From: Iphione sp. A-MEVVRFRX5
Lineage: Eukaryota
DNA length: 64,000 nucleotides
NCBI GenBank assembly: GCA_976226885.1
Contig: OZ320322.1
Span: 47,988,001 to 48,052,000, forward strand
Reading direction: 5' to 3'
In this document: piece by piece, positions 22,930-34,830 of the stretch
Layout: every line of letters starts with the position of its first letter
How positions within the stretch are numbered: the first letter of the stretch is position 1
Made by a program: the position numbers and the translations under genes
Notes under the pieces: model-generated
Told to the model about the DNA's origin: nothing
What the model saw: only the letters and a program-made list of their open reading frames with translations
Databases searched by the model: none

Positions 22930-25216
22930 TGTATATATGGAGATAGAGATAAGGAGTGTGTAGGAAAGGGATTGAGGTAAAAAGCGTTTGGATATGAAAC
23001 TATGGTAAGGAGAGTGTGTGGATAAGGGTCAGACAAAGAGTATGTAGGTAAAGTATTTAGGTAATGAATGTATAATGGAGTAATTGAAGTAAGAAGTGTG
23101 CATATAAGAGACTGATGTAAGTAGTGTGTATGTAAAAGATAAGTAAGGAGTGTGTAGATGAGGAACTAAAGTTATTAGTATATAGATGAGGGACTGAGGT
23201 AAGTAGTGTGTACATAAGTAATTGAAGTAAATAATATGTAGATGGGAGATTGAGGGAAAGAGGGTGCATATAAGAAATGGAGGTAAGGAGTGTGTAGATG
23301 AAAGGCTGGGGTAAGGAGTGTGTAGATGAGGAACGGAGGGAAGAAGTGGGAAAATGAGGGGGTATAGATGAGTAACTGACGAAAGGAGTGAGTAAATGAA
23401 GGATAAAGGAAAAAAGTGTGTAGAAAAGGGATTGAGGGCGGGAGTGTGTAAATGAAAGATAGAGGTAAGGAATGTGTCGACGAGGGATTAATGGAAGATG
23501 TAAATGAGTGGTAAGGAGTGTGTAGACGAGGGATTGATGGAAGAAGTGTAGACGAAGAATCGAGAAAAGGGGTGGGTAAATGAGGGATAGAAGTAAAGAG
23601 TATGTAGATGAGAGACTAGAGGAAGGAGTGCGCAAATGAGGAACAGAGGTAAAAAGTGTGTAGATAAGGGACTGAGGGCGGGAGCATGCAAATGAAAAAC
23701 AGAGGTAAGGAGCGTGTTGGTGAGGGATTGATGGAAGATGTAAATGAGAAATAGAGGTAAGGAGTGTGTAGGCGAGGGATTGATGGAAGAAGTGTAGATG
23801 AGAAATCGAGGGAAGGGATGGGTAAATGAGGGACAGAAGTCAAGAATATGTAGGTGAAAGACTAGGGGAAGGAGTGCGCAAATGAGGGACAGAGGTAAGG
23901 AGTGTATAGATAAAGTATTGAGTGATGGACTGCAAATGAGGAACTATTGAAAAGAGAGGGTAAATGAGTGATAGGCGTAAAGAGTGTGTAGATAAGGGAC
24001 TTAGATAAGAAATGTAGATGAGGAATTGAAATAAAAAGTAGGATTGGATAATTTGTTATATTTCGTAAAAAAGGTATAACAAAGAAATTTAAAAATGTAA
24101 TACCTTTCTTTAGCTTTTGATTCATTTAATGTTAAAATAACATTGATTTGCGACAGAGACATTAAGATAACTTTCCCTGGGTATTCAGCTCTGAATCAGA
24201 GTATCATATGAATATTGTATAGTGGAAATTTATAGATGAGTGTGCAAATGACGATGAGGGGGTATAGATGAGTAACTGACGAAAGGAGTGAGCAAATGAA
24301 GGACAAAGGAAAAAAGTGTGTAGAAAAGGGATTGAGGGCGGGAGTGTGTAAATGAAAGACAGAGGTAAGGAATGTGTCGAGGAGGGATTAATGGAAGATG
24401 TAAATGAGAGGTAAGGAGTGTGTAGACGAGGGATTGATGGAAGAAGTGTAGACGAGGAATCGAGAGAAGGGGTGGGTAAATGAGGGATAGAAGTAAAGAG
24501 TATGTAGATGAGAGACTAGAGGAAGGAGTGCGCAAATGAGGAACAGAGGTAAGGAGTGTGTAGATAAGGGACTGAGGGAAGGAGTGGGTAAATGAGGGCC
24601 AAAGGTAAAAAGTGTGTAGATAAGGGACTGAGGGCGGGAGCATGCAAATGAAAAACAGAGGTAAGGAGCGTGCTGGTATGGGATTGATGGAAGATGTAGA
24701 TGAGAAATAGAGGTAAGGAGTGTGTAGGCGAGGGATTGATGGAAGAAGTGTAGATGAGAAATCGAGGGAAGGGATGGGTAAATGAGGGACAGAAGTCAAG
24801 AATATGTAGGTGAAAGACTAGGGGAAGGAGTGCGCAAATGAGGGACAGAGGTAAGGAGTGTATAGATAAAGTACTGAGTAATGGACTGCAAATGAGGAAC
24901 TATTGAAAAGAGAGGGTAAATGAGTGATAGACGTAAAGAGTGTGTAGATAAGGGACTTAGATAAGAAATGTAGATGAGGAATTGAAGTAAAAAGTAAGAT
25001 TGGATAATTTGTTATATTTCGTAAAAAAAGTGTAACAAAGAAATTTAAAAATGTAATACCTTTCTTTAGCTTTTGATTCATTCAATGTTAAAATAACATT
25101 GATTTGCGACAGAAACATTAAGAAATGCGACAGCTTTCCCTGGGTATTCAGCTCTGAATCAGAGTATCATATGAATATTGTATAGTGGAAATTTACAGAT
25201 GAGTGTGCAAATGACG
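22930..25216. repeat. Purine-rich complex satellite including a ~0.9-kb tandem duplication (23354-24253 / 24254-25216)
   Basis: Recurrent aaggagtgtgtagatRag units; paired ORFs offset by 956 bp at the right end. Confidence 0.9.
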
Positions 25217-26120
25217 GTGGATTCAGATGGAGTGTAAAGATGTAGGTATGGATTAAACAAATAAATCGTAAATAGATGAAGATATAGATATCAAGGCATT
25301 CTGATGAAGCGTATATTAGGAATATATAGATAACGAGGGAGGAATATTAAATAGAGTATGGATGAGGAATTGATATATAAGGACTTAAAACAAAAAGTGT
25401 GTAGACAATGCCGCATGACTCGGGGGGGAGGGGGGGGGGGGAGGGAGGGGAAAGAGAGAATCGTGTATAAGTATAGACTGTGCACTTTGGTTTGTTGTCT
25501 AGGTTTTATGGTATGCTTTGGCGAACTCTTACTATAGAATTTATTGAATTGTGTGAATAATGAATACAACAGAGAAGATCAGTAACAATATGTTTATTTA
25601 ATATATGGGGTATACATACATGTAGTTATGCATGCGCTAATATCTGTTATCATAAAAATGTCTTTCTATGGTATCCTTTTATATTAATTGATTTCAAAAA
25701 AGAAATTATAGGAATATAATAGTATTACTTCCCTATAATTATTGTATTCATTTAACATTTATATAGATAGGTGAAGTAAAAGTATTGCTATTACATATAG
25801 GTTTGGTTTTCTAGTTTGCTGAAATTATTCGCTTTTTGTGTCAAGTGAAATTAGTAACATATTTATTGAATGAAACGTAATCTATTGGTCATCATTAAAT
25901 ATTGGTCTATTTTTTCCCAGTTCTAAGAGGGAGACGTTTCCGATGATTGTTTTTTTCAGAACTAATACTTAGTTGAATGATGAAACATGCCAATTGAGGG
26001 GGGGTATAGATTTCAAAACATATTTGTTAGAATTTGACCGTATAGTGTGTTATGCTAAGCGTTGTTAAAGTATGAAAGTAATTATCGTTGGGATGAAAAG
26101 ATATATTGATAAGTATACAT

Positions 26121-26663
26121 CTATGGATGCGAAATATATTGTGACAGTGAATAGGATTTTCGATCCACAAGTTCTTTTATGTCCTGATAGAAATCGGCGC
26201 TGATTACGTTGGCTAAGGTTAAAAAACCTTGTAGAATTTGGGGGTCAATGTTGTATGGCATTCGTTTATTGCTATTGATGTTTCTGTTGATGTTTTTATT
26301 GTAAATCGAAAAATTGCCTTGTGGTGTTGTTGTGTTTGTTTTGTCTCGTGGTGTTTCAGTAGAAGGTATGGTTACGTAATTGCCACTTGGTTTGTAGAAT
26401 GAACGGTTTTGTTGATTTGATTTGTTGATTTCGTTACTTTTGATAAAGGTGTCTGCAGTCATTTGTGTTGTAGTTGCTTCTTTTTGTGTCATTCTGCCAC
26501 GCAATGACTCTGGATTACAAGAGTCCGTTTGTATTGCCGACTCTAGTTGAGGAATACCTCTGAGTGGTTTATGATTGATCATACTATCGTGGCTGCTTGT
26601 ATTTTTAGTATCAGCATTCGCTGTTCGTGCTGCGATGACAACTCGTCTGTCAGTCTGTGGTGT
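26121..26663 (-). CDS. Candidate terminal coding exon of the IRF gene (180 aa, Thr/Asn/Ser-rich)
   Basis: Acceptor ttatttttcAG at 26664-26665 opens a phase-0 frame TPQTDRRVVIAART... that continues through ORF 26121-26582 to the stop. Linkage to IRF is inferred. Confidence 0.45.
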   Translation of the reverse strand, partial: TPQTDRRVVIAARTANADTKNTSSHDSMINHKPLRGIPQLESAIQTDSCNPESLRGRMTQKEATTTQMTADTFIKSNEINKSNQQNRSFYKPSGNYVTIPSTETPRDKTNTTTPQGNFSIYNKNINRNINSNKRMPYNIDPQILQGFLTLANVISADFYQDIKELVDRKSYSLSQYISHP

Positions 26664-27482
26664 CTGAAAAATAATTCAATTTGTTAATTACTTTATTATT
26701 ATAATATTTGCCTTCATATTTCATGAATACTGGTTAGAAGCTAGCAGTGGTAAAATAAAGAGTAGAGAAATTAGTTTTGCGGAGAATTTTACTTTTTCTT
26801 TGGATTTTGCTATGAAAGTAGGATTGTCTATTAGATTCATGTGGTTATCATGAGAAAGTAATAATTATGATTTTTTCCATTTATTATCATTTCCGTTACA
26901 ATATGAAGTATTTTTATGTTATAAGTGTATATGTGAGGGATAGAAAATTAAACATTGTTGACGATTTTCGTGATAGGTAAGTGTGATGGAAATCAAATGG
27001 TTGTGATTCATTAACGAATAAAGATTTAGTATAGATTTGGTATCAATTATATTAGATGATCTTTGTTATATATGGTGGACTTTGGATGAAATATACTTTA
27101 TGAGTAGTTTGATAAGTTTGAAAAACAAACCTCGATTACGTTTTCAAGTGGTGCCTTTTGGTTGCATTCTATTTCAATATGCGTGATAACATCTGGAATA
27201 GAAATAAGTTATCAAAGCATTGGTTAGGTTTTTTTGATCTATTACACAAATTAATGGAATCAAATGATAGGAAATCCTATCATATAATCGGAGTTTGATA
27301 TCAATAGTGATTCTAAAACATTTGTTAAACAGATTCATTTGTATTATAGGGTCTTTTGTCTATGTATTTTTTCGTGTGTGTTCACTTAAGAGGAACATAA
27401 TTGCTGTTAGATACGCCTTGTTTAGGGGACTATTAGTTTAGTTCAAGTACCCTCTTTGTTGTTTCGCGGCTTGATTTCATAC

Positions 27483-27682
27483 CTTTCGTTGGATTGCAAT
27501 GATCTTTCTTTTCTCCAGGACGTCTGTACCATCGTGGAGGGGGATAGTGTTCGTGTAGGAGCGTTGGAGTCTGTTTTGGATCCTCAAAAGTTGATCTAGA
27601 TGAAAGGGGGAGGTAGAGGTTCCTTTGTTCTCCCGGTTTTTCCACAGAATCCGTTGTGATTCCAAAAGTAAGCAGTTGGAAA
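27483..27682 (-). CDS. Candidate internal IRF exon (phase 1 to phase 0)
   Basis: Open frame SNCLLLESQRILW...IIAIQRK ending at AAG|GTATGA. The acceptor is weak (aaaAG) but is preceded by a CACTAAT branch-like motif. Confidence 0.35.
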
Positions 27683-28149
27683 CTTTTAGTTCATAATATG
27701 ATTAGTGAAACAGTTTTCTTTCAATACATATGTAGACTAACGATTCTTATATATATTTTCTTGCCATTTCATCAATAGTTTCTGAATTTCAATTTATAGG
27801 TTAAATATTAAAGTGAGGACAATTCGTTGACGCATAAATGAACAAAATTTTTTACATAAGCTATGTCAGTATGTTTTTAATCTATAACACGTTCTAAGGG
27901 TTATGTGTTCAAAATACTAACATTTAAAAATTCAAATTCGGTAGAACTGGAGAAGCATAGAATTTGTATGATATTTTGAACTATATATTTAAGTTTTTTT
28001 ATTTATATCTATCAAATAAGGTGGATGTTGTTGGATAATACTCATGTATAGGTGAGTCTGCTCTGCCTATAGATACTAACTGGGGTTTTCGCTTTGATAA
28101 AATACTCTTGGATACATATATATATATGTAGATATAAAATTACACGTAC

Positions 28150-28330
28150 TTTTTCCATTTGGTGTGAACATACAAACTTTATAGGGATTATCCCCCTCTA
28201 GATCTGAAAGACCTTTTAGTTCTATAATATCAGAACATTTATTGATGGCGGCTCGAAAACGCGCTTTCCACTTCCCCCATTCTACTTTGTTCAGATCCTG
28301 GTGATATTTTCCTGTATATTGGGACCACTT
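28150..28330 (-). CDS. IRF: IRF DNA-binding domain, second exon
   Basis: ttttaacAG|KWSQYTGKYHQDLNKVEWGKWKARFRAAINKCSDIIELKGLSDLEGDNPYKVCMFTPNGK|GTACGT. Contains the fifth Trp, the recognition helix and the PYKV motif. Confidence 0.93.
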
Positions 28331-28896
28331 CTGTTAAAATAATAAGATAATTTATTACAATGAATATCACTGTAGAGTGGAAGAAAAGTAATGCAAAATA
28401 TGATGGGTGAGTTTTAATTTAGATGAGATATGAATCTCAAGAGATCAAAGTACTACATCTTTGTGTACATGCATATACGTAAAGTTTACTATTTCAATGA
28501 TTTGCGTAACATGGCTATCTAAGGAAAATGGATAAATTCAAAGAGTCACATTTGTATTTTCTAGTTTATGGTATCAATTTATTGTAAAAGTAGTTTTAGT
28601 TGAGTTTATATAGTAGGTTAACGTAAACGTGTTTTAGTGGTTTCATTTCAGTGGGTTAAATTTGAGCAATTAGGTGCGTAAACAAGTGAATTTGAATTGT
28701 CAGTTGAAAAATATAGAAAAAGGTAAGCATTTATAAATTTCAGTTGAGTTATTACTGGCAACGTATATACAAATGGTATTGTAAATCAAGTTAAGATATT
28801 TTTCACTAAATAGGGTCAATTAATAGGTACACCATGCAAGATCTTTGAATTTAATAGGGAGGAAGGGGGGGGGGGGGGGGGGGGGGTTGTACTAAC

Positions 28897-29064
28897 CATA
28901 TATATCTGTGCATCCTGTACAGACCAACCCTGCTTTGCACCATCTGGCCATGGAATGCAGAAGATTCCTTTTTCTTGGTTTATCCATCGAAGTCCTGGGA
29001 TATCACTACTGTTCAGCTTGGATATTAGCCACGGCTTCAAACGGCCACGACTTATATTTCCTGG
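28897..29064 (-). CDS. IRF: IRF DNA-binding domain, first exon
   Basis: attcAG|PGNISRGRLKPWLISKLNSSDIPGLRWINQEKGIFCIPWPDGAKQGWSVQDAQIYM|GTTAGT. Four of the five IRF tryptophans; phase 0 at both ends. Confidence 0.95.
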
Positions 29065-29406
29065 CTGAATATGTGTTGTGTAGAAAGAAAGATAGGTAAT
29101 AGAAACAATACAATTGTAAGTTTAGGGTAAAAATGTAAGAGTAATTAGAGTTATTATTTCATTAGTGAGCATAATGGGGGATTACATTTTTGTCGGTTGA
29201 TTAAATTCGTTTTCGGTGTTTTGTTGTTATTTATAAATCTACGTGTTTTCTCCTTTGAAGATTTTTGTTAAACTTTACGTACTTCCCAGTGTATAGCTTG
29301 TTGCATAAATACAAATGTTCAAAGTAATTAATGTGTTTTTTTCGCCTTCCTACATATACATATATATAGTTTCATACGGTAGTGTAGTCAATTATTTTCA
29401 ACTTAC

Positions 29407-30015
29407 GGATTCTGGTGTTGATGATGAAGGAATTTGTGCGATTGATGATTTCGAATGCCTTTCTTTGGGAGAAGATGAATCATTGCAGGTTTGTGATGTC
29501 TTTCCCATGTACAACAAGTTATCTGAGTTTACTACAGTGGGGATGGCGAGAGATGTCTTGTTGAGCTGGCGAGTGGGAATTGTGTTGACGACTGGAGCTA
29601 TTGTTTGAGTGAGGAGGGGCTGGATATTGGTGTCAACGTTATTTGATTTTAATGATATTGGTACGAGGCAGATATTTGCACGGGATGAGTTCGTAGGCCT
29701 GATGTTCGTTCTCAAGGAAGTAGGATTTTCGTTCAAGGAAACCCTCGATACATTTTCTTCTGTTTTAGAGTTTTTCGGTGTATTCGTAATGACGTAAGTG
29801 TTGTCTTGGATAGGTAATTGTATGGCCAGTTTATTTGTCATGATGGGATGTGATTTAGAGGTTTCTGTAGAGTTATAAGTTGGTGTATAATGTATTGAAG
29901 AGCGGTCAATCTTAATTCTTTTTGGAGCGGGAGGAGAGACTTCTTCTGAGACTTGTTTCACAGGGATTATTTCTATGGTTCCCAGCACTTTAGAGTTATT
30001 GTGTGATTTAATCAT
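29407..30015 (-). CDS. IRF: First coding exon of the IRF gene: 203-aa S/T/N/P-rich N-terminal extension with NLS-like PAPKRIK
   Basis: ATG at 30015 with an in-frame upstream stop; ends GAATCC|GTAAGT in phase 0, matching the next exon. Upstream acceptor at 30104-30105 and a further donor at 30839-30844 suggest a non-coding first exon. Confidence 0.72.
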
Positions 30016-30911
30016 GATGAAGAAAGTGAAGACAATTGGGATGAGATGTGGATACCGTGGATTATATTATTCTAAATATTTCCTCGTAGTTATGGAGATA
30101 TACCTAAATGACCGGCAATAAAAAAACAAAGAGTAATTGTTAAACATTATGCATTACACAAAAATTGTAGAGTGAATGTTGGAAAATTCGTGATGATGGG
30201 GGATATCTGTAGTAATTAAAAACGAAGAAATCGAATGTTATTCAAAGGTAAGCGATTGATAAAATAGGAATACCAATCAATAGTAAATCAAGTAGAATGC
30301 AAATTAATAATAATTAAGTATGAGGGAAATGTATTTATATAATTGTGTTATCTAAGTAATTAAAATGTGAAACGTGTATTTATGTTGCTTTTACTAGAAC
30401 TGCTATCAAACATAGATAATGAAACGTTGCTGTTCTGACATTATGTTATTTCATAGAAATTCATTAGAAATGGGGAAAAATAGGAAATGTAGTCATTTGG
30501 TACTGTTTTATTGGTAAAGGTCTATTGATGTTTTCTTAAAGTATCAGTTTCTTTGCTATAATATAAAGATTTTGAGGAACTAGTATATGCGTATGTGGAA
30601 TATGTACAATATTAAGAGGTGTTCTTTTTAGTATATATTTTATATACGAAGTTATTCTTAAATTGGGGGATAATGTAAAGCAGTATAACATAGATAATGC
30701 ATGAATGATGTGGTAATATTACAATTTGGAAGAAAAGGAAAAAAAGTATTGATTAGATTGTGTGTTGTGAACGTTAGTGAGATCTAATAAAATATATGAA
30801 TATGTTTATGGGTAGTGAGTTATGAAATAATTAAAAATACTTACAGCGATAGGAAGTATAAACTCGTATTTCAGTGTGCAATTATCTGCAAATGTGTAGA
30901 CGTTTTCCGTA

Positions 30912-31029
30912 GCTTAAAACGCAGGGTGTTCCATCCGATTCCTTTCGTGGAGTGCGGCATGGGTTCGAATGCTTAAAACGCAGGGTGTTCCATCCGATTC
31001 CTTTCGTGGAGTGCGGCACGGGTTCGAAT
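30912..31029. repeat. 59-bp tandem duplication at the predicted IRF 5' end
   Basis: gcttaaaacgcagggtgttccatccgattcctttcgtggagtgcggcaYgggttcgaat occurs twice with one C/T difference. Confidence 0.95.
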
Positions 31030-32580
31030 TTTGGGCTTGGTTTACAGGAGAAAAAATAGGTTAGAACCGTTGATTCATGGGTAAATTAAACACAGGGACT
31101 GATAGGGACTGTTAGGTTTCTAATGTTACAGTAGCACACATTAGGATGTAGTTACAGAAGGCGATGTTTGTGTTATTTAAATTTATGATTTGTTAAAATT
31201 GTGGTGAACTATTTTTATATTTAGAAATAATTCAATGTGTATTCTATTTCTTTATGTGTCTATGAGATACGTTTTCGTTTGATTGTATAGTTAATGGAGA
31301 ACATTAGATAATTTAAATTATGGAATATGGAACAGTGGATTGGAGATTGAATGATTTGGATTGTCGACTTTCCGCGGTATAAAATTATTGATTGTTATTT
31401 TAATAGGATTTTAATGGAAATGAGGAGTAGTCTTTGGGGGAAACGTTATTTTGAGCTATATGTTTATATTTTTGAAAATAATTCTGAGGCATTGGATATA
31501 TAAAGTAACGTTATTCGTAACTATACTGGTATATTAGTTTAATGTAAACCTTTAAAATATAAACAAATATAGAGAATAGCGCGAGCATATAGATATAGGT
31601 TTAGTGGGTTGGACATAGGTCTTGAGTCATTGATATTGGAGAATGCAATAAAATGTAAAATGAGTTGTGATGAATAATCAAATTGCGTCTATAAAGTGGG
31701 TGATTTATGTGTTGTTGTATATAAGGAAATGGCGTTTTTTTTTTAGTAATAAAGTTGTTTTAGTTCTTGAAAACACTGTATACATGATTTTGAAAGCATT
31801 TGAAGTTTAGGAGTTGTTTCAGTTAGTCAAGAGTTTTCACATGTTTTGGTCACACAGTCTTTTGTAATATTAGAATTTTAGATTGTTTACTATTGTAAGA
31901 GAGATTCGTCTGTTCAATTCTATTGTGGGGGGAGGAGTTGTCGTTTGTGTCATATTAGACGTTTGATTTATTGTGGGTGGATGAAGAAGGAAGAGGGTTT
32001 TAGACCTCCTTTACATATTAGGAAAGTGAATCAAAGTAAAAAAAATATAGGAATAAGTTATATGTCTGCACAATGGAAATATGTATTGGTGTTAACATAT
32101 TAATGTACTGAATATTGTGAATTCTACACTGCCGCAATTGTGGAATATGTTTTTAATTTTATTTGCTATTGCTTCTGTATTATTTTAATGTTTCACTTAG
32201 ATTTTAATCCTTTATATGGTTTATAGGATCTACAGTCACACGACGTTCATTTAGAGTGTATTTATGGATAGTATAGAGTAGATAGATTACAATCTATGTG
32301 AAGAGAGAATATTTGAGTGAAATTAGTTCTTGTCAGAAGGGAGGGAATTCTTTGCCATTCAGTGTAAGTAGGCAGAGGGTTAGCACTGGAAGTTGATTTC
32401 TGGATATAAGTTAATATAATACTATTTTTAAAATCGTTTGGATACTCCTTCGTCCCTTGTGTTCATTGTGGTATTCATTATGGTGAATCAGAGTTGTTTG
32501 TGTTTACTTTGTAAATGAGTTATATTATACATGAATGTTGCCGACAGTTAGAGGGTGGGAGGCTTTATCAGGAAATTGGA

Positions 32581-34545
32581 GAGAACCTCACTGAAACATA
32601 TCACATAGAAATTGAAGAGTATCTTCAGAACCTATTATTTGAAGGACAATTAGATGAGTCTACCTTCAACCTTTTTTGTACTCACTCTTCCTGCATGTTA
32701 TAATTCTATATTCTTTCTAAAATCTATAAATCAATCTGCCCACCCCTAGGTAGATCTACAGTGTCAGCAAATGGGTTATCAACAAAAAAGATATCTGTAT
32801 ACATTAATTTGTGTCTTAGGACACTAGTATCTAGGGTTAAATCCTACATCAAAGATATTATACATTTAGCTAAATTGATTGAGGATCTTAATCTCATATA
32901 GGAAAATGTTCTTTTGGTCACCTTGGATATTACTTCTCTTTACACAAATATTCCAAATAAACAAGGTCTTAAGGCAATGAAGGAGACACTAGTCATGAGA
33001 ACACCGGAAAGCACTACTATCAGCAATAATTCCATCTTTCACCTTTTAACACTAGTACTGACTAGAAACAACTTTTAATTTGGTGATCGCAACTTCCTTT
33101 GGGTTGTAAGGTGGTTACGAGTTTTGGGTTAATCCCTCTTTTTCTATTTCTCTTCTTCCTTCTCTCCCTTCTTTCTTTTCTCTCCCTTTTCCTCTTTATT
33201 TCTCTTTCTCTCCCTCCCTGAGAACCCCACTGAAACATATCACATAGAAATTGAAGAGTATCTTCAAAAGGACCTCACTGAAACATATCACATAGAAATT
33301 GAAGAGTATCTTCAGAACCTATTATTTGAAGGACAATTAGATGAGTCTACCTTCAACCTTTTTTGTACTCACTCTTCCTGCATGTTATAATTCTATATTC
33401 TTTCTAAAATCTATAAATCAATCTGCCCACCCCTAGGTAGATCTACAGTGTCAGCAAATGGGTTATCAACAAAAAAGATATCTGTATACATTAATTTGTG
33501 TCTTAGGACACTAGTATCTAGGGTTAAATCCTACATCAAAGATATTATACATTTAGCTAAATTGATTGAGGATCTTAATCTCATATAGGAAAATGTTCTT
33601 TTGGTCACCTTGGATATTACTTCTCTTTACACAAATATTCCAAATAAACAAGGTCTTAAGGCAATGAAGGAGACACTAGTCATGAGAACACCGGAAAGCA
33701 CTACTATCAGCAATAATTCCATCTTTCACCTTTTAACACTAGTACTGACTAGAAACAACTTTTAATTTGGTGATCGCAACTTCCTTTGGGTTGTAAGGTG
33801 GTTACGAGTTTTGGGTTAATCCCTCTTTTTCTATTTCTCTTCTTCCTTCTCTCCCTTCTTTCTTTTCTCTCCCTTTTCCTCTTTATTTCTCTTTCTCTCC
33901 CTCCCTGAGAACCCCACTGAAACATATCACATAGAAATTGAAGAGTATCTTCAAAACCTATTATTTGAAGGACAATTAGATGAGTCTACCTTCAACCTTT
34001 TTTGTACTCACTCTCCCTGCATGTTATAATTCTATATTCTTTCTAAAATCTATAAATCAATCTGCCCACCCCTAGGTAGATCTACAGTGTCAGCAAATGG
34101 GTTATCAACAAAAAAGATATCTGTATACATTAATTTGTGTCTTAGGACACTAGTATCTAGGGTTAAATCCTACATCAAAGATATTATACATTTAGCTAAA
34201 TTGATTGAGGATCTTAATCTCATATAGGAAAATGTTCTTTTGGTCACCTTGGATATTACTTCTCTTTACACAAATATTCCAAATAAACAAGGTCTTAAGG
34301 CAATGAAGGAGACACTAGTCATGAGAACACCGGAAAGCACTACTATCAGCAATAATTCCATCTTTCACCTTTTAACACTAGTACTGACTAGAAACAACTT
34401 TTAATTTGGTGATCGCAACTTCCTTTGGGTTGTAAGGTGGTTACGAGTTTTGGGTTAATCCCTCTTTTTCTATTTCTCTTCTTCCTTCTCTCCCTTCTTT
34501 CTTTTCTCTCCCTTTTCCTCTTTATTTCTCTTTCTCTCCCTCCCT
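32581..34545 (+). mobile_element. Penelope-like element RT fragment, amplified as three near-identical ~640-bp tandem copies (plus a 51-bp internal repeat at 33220-33270)
   Basis: FYILSKIYK..PPLGRSTVS, SYIKDIIH, LVTLDITSLYTNIP, LVLTRNNF*F match PLE RT motifs (FYxLPKIHK, PGRPIVS, SYIKDT, DVxSLYTNIP, NxFxF). Confidence 0.92.
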
Positions 34546-34830
34546 GTTTCTCTCCCTGTCTTTTCTTTTCCTTCCTTTTGTTACTCTATCTTTCTCTTTC
34601 CCTACTTTTCACACTGTTCTTTTTTCTCTTGCCTCTTTAGTTTCTTTCTTCCTCCCTTCTTCCCTCCCTCGACTTCTCATTCTCTTTCTCTCTCTCTCTT
34701 GATTGGTGATCGCTACATTGTAGAAGGGTATCATTTGGCTCTTCTATTTAGGTTAAAAGTATCCTTAGGTTCTCTCTCTATTTAGTTCAAAGGTATCTTT
34801 ATTCTCTCTCACTCTTTCTCTCTCTGTATT
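34545..34830. repeat. CT-rich low-complexity tract
   Basis: Pyrimidine runs and (TC)n. Confidence 0.85.

Noticed and set aside
23057-25081. Leu/Ser/Pro/His-rich ORFs up to 192 aa
   Set aside because: Translation by-products of a pyrimidine-rich satellite strand that seldom forms stops.
30912-31029. tRNA gene (GGTTCGAAT T-loop-like motif)
   Set aside because: No cloverleaf, acceptor stem or properly placed A box could be built.
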